Part shown: piece by piece, positions 1-8,445 of the stretch
How the letters are laid out: each line of letters opens with the position of its first letter
Position numbering within the stretch: position 1 is the stretch's first letter
Source: a virus
Taxonomy: Duplodnaviria; Caudoviricetes
Direction: 5' to 3' (one strand)
DNA: 31,961 nt
IMG/VR virus record: IMGVR_UViG_3300024242_000006
Span: 1 to 31,961 of that record
Translations under genes and position numbers: made by a program
The notes under the pieces: generated by a model
Told to the model about the DNA's origin: nothing
What the model saw: only the letters and a program-made list of their open reading frames with translations
The model's database searches: none

Positions 1-320
1 AGAAATTGCAGGAACAACCGTGACGGCTTCAAATGTCATCGCGCAATTAGGAAGCATTGTGGATTCAATTCCTTCAAGTTTATATGGAAGTGAAGATTTG
101 AACATCTATGTTTCACAAAACATCGCACGTGCTTACGTACGCGCCCTTGGTGGTTTTTCAGTAGCGGCGACATCAAACGCCGGTGTTGGATCACAAGGAA
201 CACAATGGTGGAACGGTGGGGCACTTTCGTTTGATGGCGTGAAAATCGCAATTGCAAATGGCCTCGCTGACAACACTGCAATCGCAGCAGAGAAATCAAA
301 TATTTTCTTTGGAACGGGAA
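1..320. repeat. Direct terminal repeat, left copy (matches 31642-31961)
   Basis: 320-nt ungapped match to the window end with 10 mismatches. Implies a circular or terminally redundant genome of about 31,641 bp. Confidence 0.97.
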
Positions 321-472
321 TTCTAAATGACACGAATCTTGTCAAGGTTTTGGATATGTCCGACTTAGACGGAAGCGACAACGTTCGTGTGATCATGAAA
401 ATGACCGGAGGCGTTCAGTATGCAGTGGCTGAAGACATAACTACTTACGGAATCACAAATTCCGCGAACTAA
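1..472 (+). CDS. Major capsid protein, C-terminal part (continues from 31160 across the junction)
   Basis: Same frame and sequence as the ORF starting at 31160 (...QEIAGTTVTASNV...). The joined protein is about 317 aa, follows protease and scaffold genes, and is followed by a terminator. Confidence 0.9.
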   Translation, partial: EIAGTTVTASNVIAQLGSIVDSIPSSLYGSEDLNIYVSQNIARAYVRALGGFSVAATSNAGVGSQGTQWWNGGALSFDGVKIAIANGLADNTAIAAEKSNIFFGTGILNDTNLVKVLDMSDLDGSDNVRVIMKMTGGVQYAVAEDITTYGITNSAN

Positions 473-489
473 GAATAATTAATTAATCG

Positions 490-533
490 AAAAAGGGGTG
501 GGCGATCCAAACGGTTCACCCGCCTTTTTTTTT
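490..533 (+). terminator. Intrinsic terminator after the major capsid gene
   Basis: Imperfect GC-rich stem AAAAAGGGGTGGGCG...TTCACCCGCC followed by a T9 run. Confidence 0.75.
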
Positions 534-549
534 ATAAAAAAACAAAAAT

Positions 550-1098
550 ATGGCTTGCGATTTAAGTTTAGGAAGAAAGGTTCCATGTAAAGACGTTGTC
601 GGCGGAATTAAGGCGGTTTATTTCATCGATTACGGTGATATATCAATCTCTTATGATACGACTGACACGGACGTAATTGACGACCTTGGTGCGGTTACCG
701 CATACAAATACGAATTAAAAGGAAATTCATCGTTTGAACAAACATTCACGGCATCACGTGAAAACGGAACAACGTTCTTTGAACAAGCATTGAATTTGAC
801 TTTGACAAAATTGTCAAAAGAAGACCACAAAGAATTGAAACTTCTTGCGTATGGAAGACCACAAGTTGTGGTTCATGATTACAACGGGAACGCGTTCTTG
901 ATGGGTGCTGAACACGGTGCCGAAGTAAACGGCGGAACAATCGTGACAGGTGGTGCAATGGGTGACTTGAGTGGTTACACATTAACATTGAGCGCACAAG
1001 AACAAGTTCCGGCGAACTTCTTGGAAGGTGCAACCGAAGCAGATCCATTTGGTGGGTTAACTTCAACGGTTACCGTAACGGCGGGAACGAATTCATAA
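550..1098 (+). CDS. Major tail tube protein
   Basis: 182 aa, acidic and Thr/Gly-rich. MAC..GR..PCKD..GGIK N-terminus and G...GD..GYTLT motif typical of Bacteroidota siphophage tail tubes; followed by a terminator. Confidence 0.7.
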   Translation: MACDLSLGRKVPCKDVVGGIKAVYFIDYGDISISYDTTDTDVIDDLGAVTAYKYELKGNSSFEQTFTASRENGTTFFEQALNLTLTKLSKEDHKELKLLAYGRPQVVVHDYNGNAFLMGAEHGAEVNGGTIVTGGAMGDLSGYTLTLSAQEQVPANFLEGATEADPFGGLTSTVTVTAGTNS

Positions 1099-1121
1099 GA
1101 ATTTTTTCATTTGATTTTAAA

Positions 1122-1148
1122 GGGGTGTCCATTTGGATGCCCTTTTTT
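1122..1148 (+). terminator. Intrinsic terminator
   Basis: GGGTGTCC-ATTT-GGATGCCC stem followed by a T run. Confidence 0.85.
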
Positions 1149-1153
1149 ATTAT

Positions 1154-1178
1154 AACAAATTGAAGGTTTTTTTATTAT
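1154..1178 (+). promoter_or_regulatory. Putative late promoter, copy 1 (WACAW-N13-TWATTAT)
   Basis: AACAAATTGAAGGTTTTTTTATTAT, with ATG 1185 six nt downstream. One of six identically spaced copies. Confidence 0.7.
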
Positions 1179-1184
1179 ATTAAT

Positions 1185-1523
1185 ATGATAATCTTACAAG
1201 AATCCGGATCGTCGCAAACGATAAATTTTATCCCTCGGGAATATACCCAAGGAACGACATACAATGTCAAGATCACAAACGAATCTTCAAATTCAAATGT
1301 GTATAATCAAGACGTGACGACATTTGCGGAAAATCTTTATTATTACCAACATTCCGACACATTCAGTTTAAAAGAAGATACATTTTATCTTTTAACAATT
1401 ACATCGTCGGAAATTGTGTTTAAGGACAAAATATTTTGCACAAATCAAACCGTTTCAACATATTCGGTCAATGAATCGGAATACACACCGCACACAACAG
1501 AAAATGAATTTATATTCTTATAA
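1185..1523 (+). CDS. Virion morphogenesis protein (probable head-closure or neck protein)
   Basis: 112 aa, beta-rich, coupled to the portal gene by a TAATG overlap. Call is positional. Confidence 0.5.
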   Translation: MIILQESGSSQTINFIPREYTQGTTYNVKITNESSNSNVYNQDVTTFAENLYYYQHSDTFSLKEDTFYLLTITSSEIVFKDKIFCTNQTVSTYSVNESEYTPHTTENEFIFL

Positions 1524-3262
1524 TGGATAATACACACATCATAAATTTGTCGTCATATGTTAAACCCAAAGTCATTGAAGACAAAAGGAAAGATTGGGTT
1601 GCTTATGGGGACGATAATAATTATTATCAATACCTTATTGATTTATTTGTCAATTCAACGACAAACGGCGCAATCATAAACGGTATTTCTTCAATGATTT
1701 ACGGAAAAGGAATTGACGCGCTTGATTCATCTTACAAACCGGATCAATATGCGGCGATGAAATCGATCTTTAGTCATTCATGTATACGTAAGGTCATTCT
1801 TGATTTTAAAATGCTTGGTGAAGGCTCATTTCAAGTTTTAAGACGTGATGGTAAGGTTGTAAGTGCTGAACATTTTCCAAGACAAACTTTGCGCGCTGAA
1901 AAGATGAACGAAGACGGTCAAATTGAAGCATATTATTATCACCCGAAATGGAATGAGGTAAAACATAACGAGAAACCAAAAAGAATTGCGGCATTTGGTT
2001 TTGGAAACGGAAAGGAACCCGAAATCAAAATCATCAAAAGATACATTTCTGGTTACGATTATTATTGCCCACAAGATTACGAAACGTCATACGCGGAACT
2101 TGAGTGTGAAATTTCCGATTATCTTATCAATGACGTGAAAAATGGTTTTTCCGGTACAAAGGTCGTGAATTTCAACAACGGAATTCCGGACACCGAAGCG
2201 CAAATTCGTGTCAAAAATGACGTAATGAACAAACTTACCGGTTCCAAGGGTGAAAAGGTAATTGTTGCATTCAACAACAACCAAGAATCAAAAACCACGG
2301 TTGACGATTTAGCATTAAATGACGCGCCAAGTCATTATGAATATCTTTCACGAGAATGTCAAAACAAACTTATCATTGCGCATCGTGTAACGTCACCGCT
2401 TCTTTTAGGAATGCGAACGGAAAACAATGGTCTTGGATCAAATGCCGACGAAATAAAAACGGCTTCATTGTTATTTAACAACGTCACGATAAGACCATAT
2501 CAAGATATGATTTGTGAAGCAATGGACGACATCCTTGCGGTCAACGACATATCTTTAAAATTATACTTCAAAACACTTCAACCGTTGGAATTCATTGAAA
2601 CTGACAACGCAATCACAGACGAAGCACGTGAAGAAGAAACCGGGGTAAAATTATCCAAGGATTTCAGCGACGAAGAAGGCGACAATATGATTGATCTTCT
2701 TGTTGGTGAAACAATGGAAGAATATGAACTTATTGGAAAACGTGAACACAAAGAAGAAAATGAAGACTTGGAAACTTGGACGAAAAAAGTCATCGACGGA
2801 ATGGTCGAACTTGAATCCGTAAAATCAAAACCAAGCGATGAATCGTATCTTGACAAATCAGTTTACAAGGTTCGATATGCTTACGAAGAAAAATATACAA
2901 GCGGCAATTCAAGGAAGTTTTGTAAGGACATGATGGCAAGAACGCGAAACGGTGTTGTTTATCGTCTTGAAGACATCGATAAGGCGTCACGTGAAGGATT
3001 AAACAAATCACACGGACACAAGGGACAACCTTATGACATTTTTAAGTACAAAGGCGGGGTTTCATGTGGGCATTTTTTCGAAGAACGATTATATCGTCTT
3101 AAAAAGAAAGACGGCGAATATGTCGAAGATAAGGCATTGTCATCGTCTGAAGAAGTCGACACAATACCAAAATCATATCGTCCAAGACCGGCGGGTCACA
3201 AGGAAGCCAAGAAGGCACCCAAAGACATGCCGAACAACGGACATCACCCAAATTTTAAATAA
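1523..3262 (+). CDS. Portal protein with C-terminal MuF-like extension
   Basis: N-terminal ~360 aa has the Bacteroidota phage portal pattern (YGDDNNYYQYL, NGFS, AHRVTSPLLLG). An acidic linker precedes a VRYAY...SRKFC...KYKGGVSCGH domain. Confidence 0.82.
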   Translation: MDNTHIINLSSYVKPKVIEDKRKDWVAYGDDNNYYQYLIDLFVNSTTNGAIINGISSMIYGKGIDALDSSYKPDQYAAMKSIFSHSCIRKVILDFKMLGEGSFQVLRRDGKVVSAEHFPRQTLRAEKMNEDGQIEAYYYHPKWNEVKHNEKPKRIAAFGFGNGKEPEIKIIKRYISGYDYYCPQDYETSYAELECEISDYLINDVKNGFSGTKVVNFNNGIPDTEAQIRVKNDVMNKLTGSKGEKVIVAFNNNQESKTTVDDLALNDAPSHYEYLSRECQNKLIIAHRVTSPLLLGMRTENNGLGSNADEIKTASLLFNNVTIRPYQDMICEAMDDILAVNDISLKLYFKTLQPLEFIETDNAITDEAREEETGVKLSKDFSDEEGDNMIDLLVGETMEEYELIGKREHKEENEDLETWTKKVIDGMVELESVKSKPSDESYLDKSVYKVRYAYEEKYTSGNSRKFCKDMMARTRNGVVYRLEDIDKASREGLNKSHGHKGQPYDIFKYKGGVSCGHFFEERLYRLKKKDGEYVEDKALSSSEEVDTIPKSYRPRPAGHKEAKKAPKDMPNNGHHPNFK

Positions 3263-3765
3263 TGGCGAAAGGACTATTCATTTCACGGAAAGACTTGGTA
3301 AAATTCACAAGTTTAGGTGGTAACATCGACACCGATAAATTCATTCAATATGTGCTTATTGCCCAAGAGATAACAATTCAACAATTGCTTGGAACGGATT
3401 TATATGAAAAAATTCAAACCGACATTGAAGGATCGTCATTGAGTGGTGACTATTTGACATTGGTTGAAATATATATAAAACCCGTTTTAATTCATGCCGC
3501 AGCGGTTCAATATATTCCGTTCGCTTCTTATACATTCGGGAACAAAGGTGTTTTTAAACACACATCCGAAACCGGGGAATCGGTATCAAAAGAAGAAATC
3601 GATTATCTTGTCGAAAAAGAAAGATCGGTGATGCAATTTTATGCGGACAGATTGATTGATCATTTAAGTTTTGAAGCCCCTTCGAAATATCCCGAATACA
3701 ACACAAATTCAAATGATGACGTGAATCCAATCACGGGACAATTTTACACTGGATGGGTATTGTAA
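3262..3765 (+). CDS. Head-tail adaptor (head completion) protein
   Basis: 167 aa, helical, AQEITIQQLLGTDLY motif, directly after the portal gene. Confidence 0.65.
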   Translation: MAKGLFISRKDLVKFTSLGGNIDTDKFIQYVLIAQEITIQQLLGTDLYEKIQTDIEGSSLSGDYLTLVEIYIKPVLIHAAAVQYIPFASYTFGNKGVFKHTSETGESVSKEEIDYLVEKERSVMQFYADRLIDHLSFEAPSKYPEYNTNSNDDVNPITGQFYTGWVL

Positions 3766-3848
3766 GGACATATAAACCAAAAGAAAAAAACGTCGTCAAA
3801 TTAAAAACATTTTTGACTTCGTTATATAACAAAAAGGACAAAAAATAA
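3753..3848 (+). CDS. Small basic hypothetical protein (31 aa)
   Basis: Manual translation MGIVRTYKPKEKNVVKLKTFLTSLYNKKDKK; overlaps the adaptor stop codon. Confidence 0.4.
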   Translation: MGIVRTYKPKEKNVVKLKTFLTSLYNKKDKK

Positions 3849-3852
3849 TTAT
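3828..3852 (+). promoter_or_regulatory. Putative late promoter, copy 2
   Basis: AACAAAAAGGACAAAAAATAATTAT, with ATG 3859 six nt downstream. Confidence 0.65.
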
Positions 3853-3858
3853 TATAGT

Positions 3859-4026
3859 ATGGCATTTGGATCAATTTATTCGGTTACTTGGTGGGGAAAC
3901 GCAAACGAAGCGAACGGATGGGGTATTGTTTACCCATTGACCGCCGGTGGATCATATTTGACGGTTGACACAAACACAATTTCAGCCGACACAACATCAA
4001 TAAAAGCAGACGCAACAGAAATATAA
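3859..4026 (+). CDS. Small virion protein with Trp-rich N-terminus and TAD-like repeats (55 aa; not in ORF track)
   Basis: MAFGSIYSVTWWGNANEANGWGIVYPLTAGGSYLTVDTNTISADTTSIKADATEI. Fills the intergenic gap and sits behind the promoter motif. Confidence 0.75.
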   Translation: MAFGSIYSVTWWGNANEANGWGIVYPLTAGGSYLTVDTNTISADTTSIKADATEI

Positions 4027-4036
4027 AAAAAATAAA

Positions 4037-4597
4037 ATGGCTAAACAAACAGTAAATATTGGAACAACTGCGAACGACGGAACGGGAAGTCCCCTTCGTA
4101 CTGCATTTGATTTTATTAATGACAACACGAATGAAGTTTATGCGCTTCTTGGAAACGGGACAACTTTGTCAATAAGTGGTGACGCAACCATGTCAGCGGG
4201 TGCAGTTACAATCGCAAATGACGTGATTGATCACGACAACCTTTCGTCAAGATATTCGACAAAGATTGAAACATCACACGCAACGGGTGCATTGTCCGTT
4301 GATTGGTCTGCGGGAACAACGATCGAATTCACAACTGCGATCACGGCAAATATTGAACTTGATTTCACAAACTTCAAACAAGGTCAAGTTTTAGATATTT
4401 ATGGATTGACCGGTGCGTTTACGGTGACATTAGATTCCGACGCGGCAACATCTGAAACATTCAATCTTGTTGGCGGTGGTGCTTACGATGGTGCATCAAC
4501 AAATTATTTGCAAGTTGTTTGCGTGGACGATTCGGCGGATGCGGTTTTCAATTATTCAATTTCAACATACGCAAGCGACACAATTATTGGTGATTAA
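4037..4597 (+). CDS. Fibre or baseplate-like protein with T4 gp9/gp10-type N-terminus
   Basis: N-terminal VNIGTTANDGTGSPLRTAFDFINDNTNEVY motif; beta-rich C-terminus. Confidence 0.65.
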   Translation: MAKQTVNIGTTANDGTGSPLRTAFDFINDNTNEVYALLGNGTTLSISGDATMSAGAVTIANDVIDHDNLSSRYSTKIETSHATGALSVDWSAGTTIEFTTAITANIELDFTNFKQGQVLDIYGLTGAFTVTLDSDAATSETFNLVGGGAYDGASTNYLQVVCVDDSADAVFNYSISTYASDTIIGD

Positions 4598-4617
4598 TAA
4601 TATTTAAAAAAAATAAA

Positions 4618-5079
4618 ATGGTAGCAATAGACATAAACGGATCAATCAAAACTTACAATTCAGTTCCAAAAATATGGGGAAACATAATTGGTGTGAATTA
4701 TATGTCGGATTCGGATTTGGAAACAATTGGTTTTTATTCAGTAGTAAGACCAACAACAAAACAATCCGAACAACTTGGCGACATATATTTTGATACTGAC
4801 AATCAAGTGTTCACTTATCCGGTTGAATCAAAAACATACACCCAAACGGTTGCGGAATTAAAAGAACAAAAGATTGAAAATCTTAAACATTTATACAATT
4901 TACAACTTGCAAAGACTGATTGGTACATTATTCGTGGTCAAGAAGGAATTTTGGTTCCACAAAGTATCGCAGACAAAAGGTCGCAACTTCGTGAAGAATG
5001 TACTTCAAAAGAAAATGAAATTAATAATTTAACAACAAAGGCAAGTATTATTGATTACGAACTTCCAAATTTTATATAA
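4618..5079 (+). CDS. Tail fibre assembly chaperone-like protein
   Basis: C-terminal LAKTDWYIIR...VP..I...R..LR motif of fibre assembly proteins; lies between fibre genes. Confidence 0.6.
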   Translation: MVAIDINGSIKTYNSVPKIWGNIIGVNYMSDSDLETIGFYSVVRPTTKQSEQLGDIYFDTDNQVFTYPVESKTYTQTVAELKEQKIENLKHLYNLQLAKTDWYIIRGQEGILVPQSIADKRSQLREECTSKENEINNLTTKASIIDYELPNFI

Positions 5080-5769
5080 ATGGGATTAAATAAAAGACTT
5101 TTTGGACACGAAGCAGCTGCAGCAAGTTCTGACGTTGATCCGTTTAATGATTCAAGCGGATTGGCATTATATAAATTTGATGGAACTGCCGATGATGACG
5201 GCGGTAATTACAATGGGACTTGGTCTGGTGCAACAAGATACGCAACTGGCAAAATTGGTCAAGGAGCAGATTTTCGAGGTAGTACAAGTGATTATATAAG
5301 TTTGGGAACAAATTTTGGCTTACATAGTATAAATTTTTCAATTTCATTTTGGGTTTATGCAACAAATACTGGAAATAATCAATATTGGATTACTTCAAAC
5401 GGTGCGGGAACAAATTGTCACACGAATCTTCATATCGGTAGGGATTCTTCACTTGGCAAATTAAGATTTGCAACATTTTGTTCAGATGTTATATCAAGTG
5501 CTAATATGAATTTTAATGTTTGGGAACATTGGACATTAACTTATAATAGGTCATCTGGAGGTGAAAGAAAAATTTATAAAAACGGAAACCTTGATAAAAC
5601 TCAAACTCAAGCACAATACATAGGTACTGACAACATACAAATTGGCGGTGGACGTTATTGGTTTAGTGGTGGTGACCCAGCTTATGCAATTCTTGATCAA
5701 ATTAGGTTTTTTAATAAGGTATTGTCGGCATCTGAAGTTTATTCGTTGTATACTAGTATAGACATATAA
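5080..5769 (+). CDS. LamG / concanavalin A-like lectin domain protein (putative receptor-binding protein)
   Basis: LYKFDG, FSISFWV, WEHWTLTY, KIYKNG, LDQIRFFNKVLSASEV motifs. Confidence 0.85.
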   Translation: MGLNKRLFGHEAAAASSDVDPFNDSSGLALYKFDGTADDDGGNYNGTWSGATRYATGKIGQGADFRGSTSDYISLGTNFGLHSINFSISFWVYATNTGNNQYWITSNGAGTNCHTNLHIGRDSSLGKLRFATFCSDVISSANMNFNVWEHWTLTYNRSSGGERKIYKNGNLDKTQTQAQYIGTDNIQIGGGRYWFSGGDPAYAILDQIRFFNKVLSASEVYSLYTSIDI

Positions 5770-5770
5770 A

Positions 5771-5911
5771 ATGGAAGATTTAAAAATTGCAATGACGAAC
5801 TTGTTTGCCCTTGGATTAAGTGTTTCCGATGCGAATGAACTGCTTCAAGGTTTCAGTTTAGGACTTGCGATTATATATACATCAATCAGTATTTACAAAA
5901 AACTCAAATAA
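5771..5911 (+). CDS. Small membrane protein, holin-like (46 aa; not in ORF track)
   Basis: MEDLKIAMTNLFALGLSVSDANELLQGFSLGLAIIYTSISIYKKLK. Two hydrophobic segments and a basic C-terminus, at the start of the lysis cluster. Confidence 0.6.
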   Translation: MEDLKIAMTNLFALGLSVSDANELLQGFSLGLAIIYTSISIYKKLK

Positions 5912-6208
5912 ATGGCTGCAAAATTCGATATTAATAATGACGGCAAACCGGACTTCAGTATTTCAATTCCACAAATTGTGACGTTGCTTGCGATGTTTGC
6001 TTCAATTGTTGGTTCTTATTATACATTAAACGCCCGTGTTGATGCCGTGGAAACTGCGACAAAAAAACTTAAAGAAAACGAACAAAAATACACTTGGCCA
6101 AACCAAAGGAAAACGGAAGAAGAAATCCGTGATCTTGAAGGTGAAATGCGTGCATTTATGAAAGACATTGAATATTTAAGACGTGACGTCGATAAAAAGA
6201 AAAGATAA
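5912..6208 (+). CDS. Membrane-anchored coiled-coil protein (lysis module, possibly spanin-like)
   Basis: One TM segment (ISIPQIVTLLAMFASIVGSYY) followed by a coiled coil; upstream of the endolysin. Confidence 0.5.
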   Translation: MAAKFDINNDGKPDFSISIPQIVTLLAMFASIVGSYYTLNARVDAVETATKKLKENEQKYTWPNQRKTEEEIRDLEGEMRAFMKDIEYLRRDVDKKKR

Positions 6209-6363
6209 TGGATAAAATAAAAGATTACGGTCGAAAGGCATTTGAATGGACAAAAGAATGGTATGTCACAAATTGGAACGGTGGAATTTTTGATCGTGGG
6301 AAAACGATATTCATTTCATTTGTTGTTTTAATGTTATTGATTAAAATCATTTCTTCTTTATGA
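6208..6363 (+). CDS. Small membrane protein (51 aa; not in ORF track)
   Basis: MDKIKDYGRKAFEWTKEW...TIFISFVVLMLLIKIISSL. TAATG and ATGA overlaps with its neighbours. Confidence 0.6.
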   Translation: MDKIKDYGRKAFEWTKEWYVTNWNGGIFDRGKTIFISFVVLMLLIKIISSL

Positions 6364-6722
6364 AATACTTCAATATTTCTGAATTCGATTCAAACGATCA
6401 CCCCGGATCGGGGACAAACATGGACACAAGATTCCTTGAAATGTTGGACAACGCTCGTGAAATTTACGGAAGGTCAATGCGTATCAATTCGGGATATCGC
6501 ACGATTTACAAAAATCAAGAAGTCGGTGGGAAACCAAATTCAACGCATTTGCAAGGAATCGCGGCGGATGTACATTGCAACAATTCCCGTGATCGACACG
6601 ATATGGTTAACGCATTCTTGCAGGCCGGGTTTTCGCGTCTTGGGATCGGAAATACATTCATTCATATCGATTCCGGCGACATACATTCAGATAAGGACGC
6701 AAACGTCATTTGGACATACTAA
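6360..6722 (+). CDS. Endolysin, peptidase M15 family
   Basis: SGYR...N..VGG..NSTH..G.AAD and FIHID zinc-ligand motifs. Confidence 0.9.
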   Translation: MKYFNISEFDSNDHPGSGTNMDTRFLEMLDNAREIYGRSMRINSGYRTIYKNQEVGGKPNSTHLQGIAADVHCNNSRDRHDMVNAFLQAGFSRLGIGNTFIHIDSGDIHSDKDANVIWTY

Positions 6723-6740
6723 CACCACGGGATCAACGAT

Positions 6741-7154
6741 ATGGATAAGAAAAAATTCAAGGACACCGATGTCGGAAAATTCTTATTAAGTAAAATCCCA
6801 AACGTTGTCGGTGCGATCGCCGGACAGTCACCCATTGGAAATGTTATTCAAGCAATCATTGGTGGATCAGATATGTCAGACGCCGACAAACAAGTTGCAC
6901 TTGAAAAATTAAAAAATGAACGTGCTGAAATTGACGGCATCACAAGAAGGTGGGTTGCAGACGCAAGAAGCGCTTCGTGGTTGGCTCAAAACGTTCGTCC
7001 CCTTACATTGGCATTTTTTTCAATTTCTTACGTTGTAGGGTGGTTTTATGGTCTTGAATTGTCTTCAATTACCGGTCTTTTGTCAGTTATTGTGGGTGGG
7101 TACTTTGGATCAAGGGGGGTCGAGAAGGTCTTTGGAAACAAACTTCACAAATAA
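6741..7154 (+). CDS. Holin (3TM-holin-like)
   Basis: RW.AD..S.SWLAQNVRP motif followed by two TM segments and YFGSRGVEK; adjacent to the endolysin. Confidence 0.7.
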   Translation: MDKKKFKDTDVGKFLLSKIPNVVGAIAGQSPIGNVIQAIIGGSDMSDADKQVALEKLKNERAEIDGITRRWVADARSASWLAQNVRPLTLAFFSISYVVGWFYGLELSSITGLLSVIVGGYFGSRGVEKVFGNKLHK

Positions 7155-7288
7155 TGGCCAAGGGTATAAATTATAAACATTCTTTAAAACCTAAAAAGAA
7201 ACGTCCCGGAATTCATTCGAAGTCCAAGCAATCACAACTTAAAACATCAAAAAATTATATTAAAAAATATAACGGTCAAGGTCGTTAA
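7154..7288 (+). CDS. Small highly basic protein ending YNGQGR (44 aa; not in ORF track)
   Basis: MAKGINYKHSLKPKKKRPGIHSKSKQSQLKTSKNYIKKYNGQGR; TAATG coupling to the holin gene. Confidence 0.7.
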   Translation: MAKGINYKHSLKPKKKRPGIHSKSKQSQLKTSKNYIKKYNGQGR

Positions 7289-7393
7289 TGTTAACAATAT
7301 ATTTTTAAAACTTATTGATTATTAAAAAAAATTCATCGACCTTTGGTGGGTAAGTGGTAAACAAATGTTTAATTTTATAATAAATAAAAACAA

Positions 7394-7636
7394 ATGAGTG
7401 AAGAAATGACGATTCGTAAATTAGCAGAAAAAATCGCAAAAGATTTTAATTTAAGTGTTCTTGAAAGAACAAATCAACTTTTGGAATTGGATGCAATTCA
7501 ATACACGAATCTTGGAACAGATTCAAAAAAATACGAAAAAAATAAAGTCAAATCCGATTCAAAATTTATTTATAATCAATTAAAAGGTTTCAATGAAACC
7601 GACGGCAATTTATTGCTTAATCACTTGGATAAATAG
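7394..7636 (+). CDS. Hypothetical protein
   Basis: 80 aa, A-rich leader AAAACAAATG. Confidence 0.75.
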   Translation: MSEEMTIRKLAEKIAKDFNLSVLERTNQLLELDAIQYTNLGTDSKKYEKNKVKSDSKFIYNQLKGFNETDGNLLLNHLDK

Positions 7637-7671
7637 ACTTAATCGGAAATTAATTGCTTAATCGTAAAACG

Positions 7672-8064
7672 ATGCCGAAGAATTCAAAGAAGCCGACACG
7701 ATCAAAAATCGTTAAAAAACTTGACGTAATATTCAGCCAATATATAAGACTTAAATATTCGGACAATCGTGGAATGGTAAAATGTTGGACGTGTGATCGC
7801 GAGTATTTTTGGAAAAACATCCAAAATGGACACTTCCAATCAAGACGTTCTTATGCTACGAGATGGGATGAAAATAATTGTCGTCCCCAATGTTTGAAAT
7901 GCAACATGTACGATCAAGGAAGACAATATGAATTCGGTTTAAAACTCGGTGAAGAACTCGCACAAGAAATGCATATTAAATCACAACAAATTGTTAAATT
8001 TACATCCGATGAATTAATCGAAAAGATTGATCATTATACGTCGGAAGTTAAACGGATGACGTAA
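7672..8064 (+). CDS. ninG: NinG/Rap-like recombination endonuclease
   Basis: LD.IFSQYIR, CxxC, GHF.SR...TRWDE.N..PQCxxCN motifs. ATG 7672 preferred over the upstream TTG. Confidence 0.85.
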   Translation: MPKNSKKPTRSKIVKKLDVIFSQYIRLKYSDNRGMVKCWTCDREYFWKNIQNGHFQSRRSYATRWDENNCRPQCLKCNMYDQGRQYEFGLKLGEELAQEMHIKSQQIVKFTSDELIEKIDHYTSEVKRMT

Positions 8065-8089
8065 TTGTGTTTTTTTTTGTTCATACTGA

Positions 8090-8122
8090 AGGGGGTGTTT
8101 TTTTAAGCATCCCTTTTTTTTA
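8090..8122 (+). terminator. Intrinsic terminator
   Basis: GGGGTGTTT...AAGCATCCC stem followed by a T run. Confidence 0.8.
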
Positions 8123-8130
8123 TTAAAAAT

Positions 8131-8145
8131 TTTTGTTATATTAGC
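8131..8145 (+). promoter_or_regulatory. Putative host-sigma (Bacteroidota -7 TAnnTTTG-like) promoter
   Basis: TTTTGTTATATTAGC just after a terminator and before ATG 8163; similar to the elements at 11771 and 17341. Confidence 0.45.
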
Positions 8146-8162
8146 ATAAAATATAAATAAAT

Positions 8163-8264
8163 ATGAACAATTTAAATGTACACACAATGACACGATCCGA
8201 ACTTATCGGAATGTTGTTGGAAAAATTAAACGAAGTTGAACAACTTAAAAAACAAGTAAGATGA
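8163..8264 (+). CDS. Small hypothetical protein (33 aa)
   Basis: MNNLNVHTMTRSELIGMLLEKLNEVEQLKKQVR; ATGA overlap with the next ORF. Confidence 0.55.
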   Translation: MNNLNVHTMTRSELIGMLLEKLNEVEQLKKQVR

Positions 8265-8404
8265 ACGAAACACAAATTCAAATTATTAGACAATCAAGCG
8301 CAAAAACGGCATTTGATTACATCAAAGGAAATCCCGGGTTAAAATCAAGTGACGGATTCGCATTGGCAAAATCAATCGAAAATTATGTCATCACTGGGAA
8401 GTAA
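8261..8404 (+). CDS. Small hypothetical protein (47 aa)
   Basis: MNETQIQIIRQSSAKTAFDYIKGNPGLKSSDGFALAKSIENYVITGK; translationally coupled to the upstream ORF. Confidence 0.65.
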   Translation: MNETQIQIIRQSSAKTAFDYIKGNPGLKSSDGFALAKSIENYVITGK

Positions 8405-8445
8405 AATCGGTAACATTTATTTTAAATTTAAATTCAACAATTATT

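Noticed and set aside
1-320. Diverged repeat pair as a diversity-generating retroelement TR/VR
   Set aside because: No reverse transcriptase is present. The mismatches are not adenine-specific, are nearly all synonymous, and the copies sit at the window ends.
6436-6789. Alternate-frame ORF over the endolysin as an embedded spanin
   Set aside because: It has no signal peptide, lipobox or TM segment.
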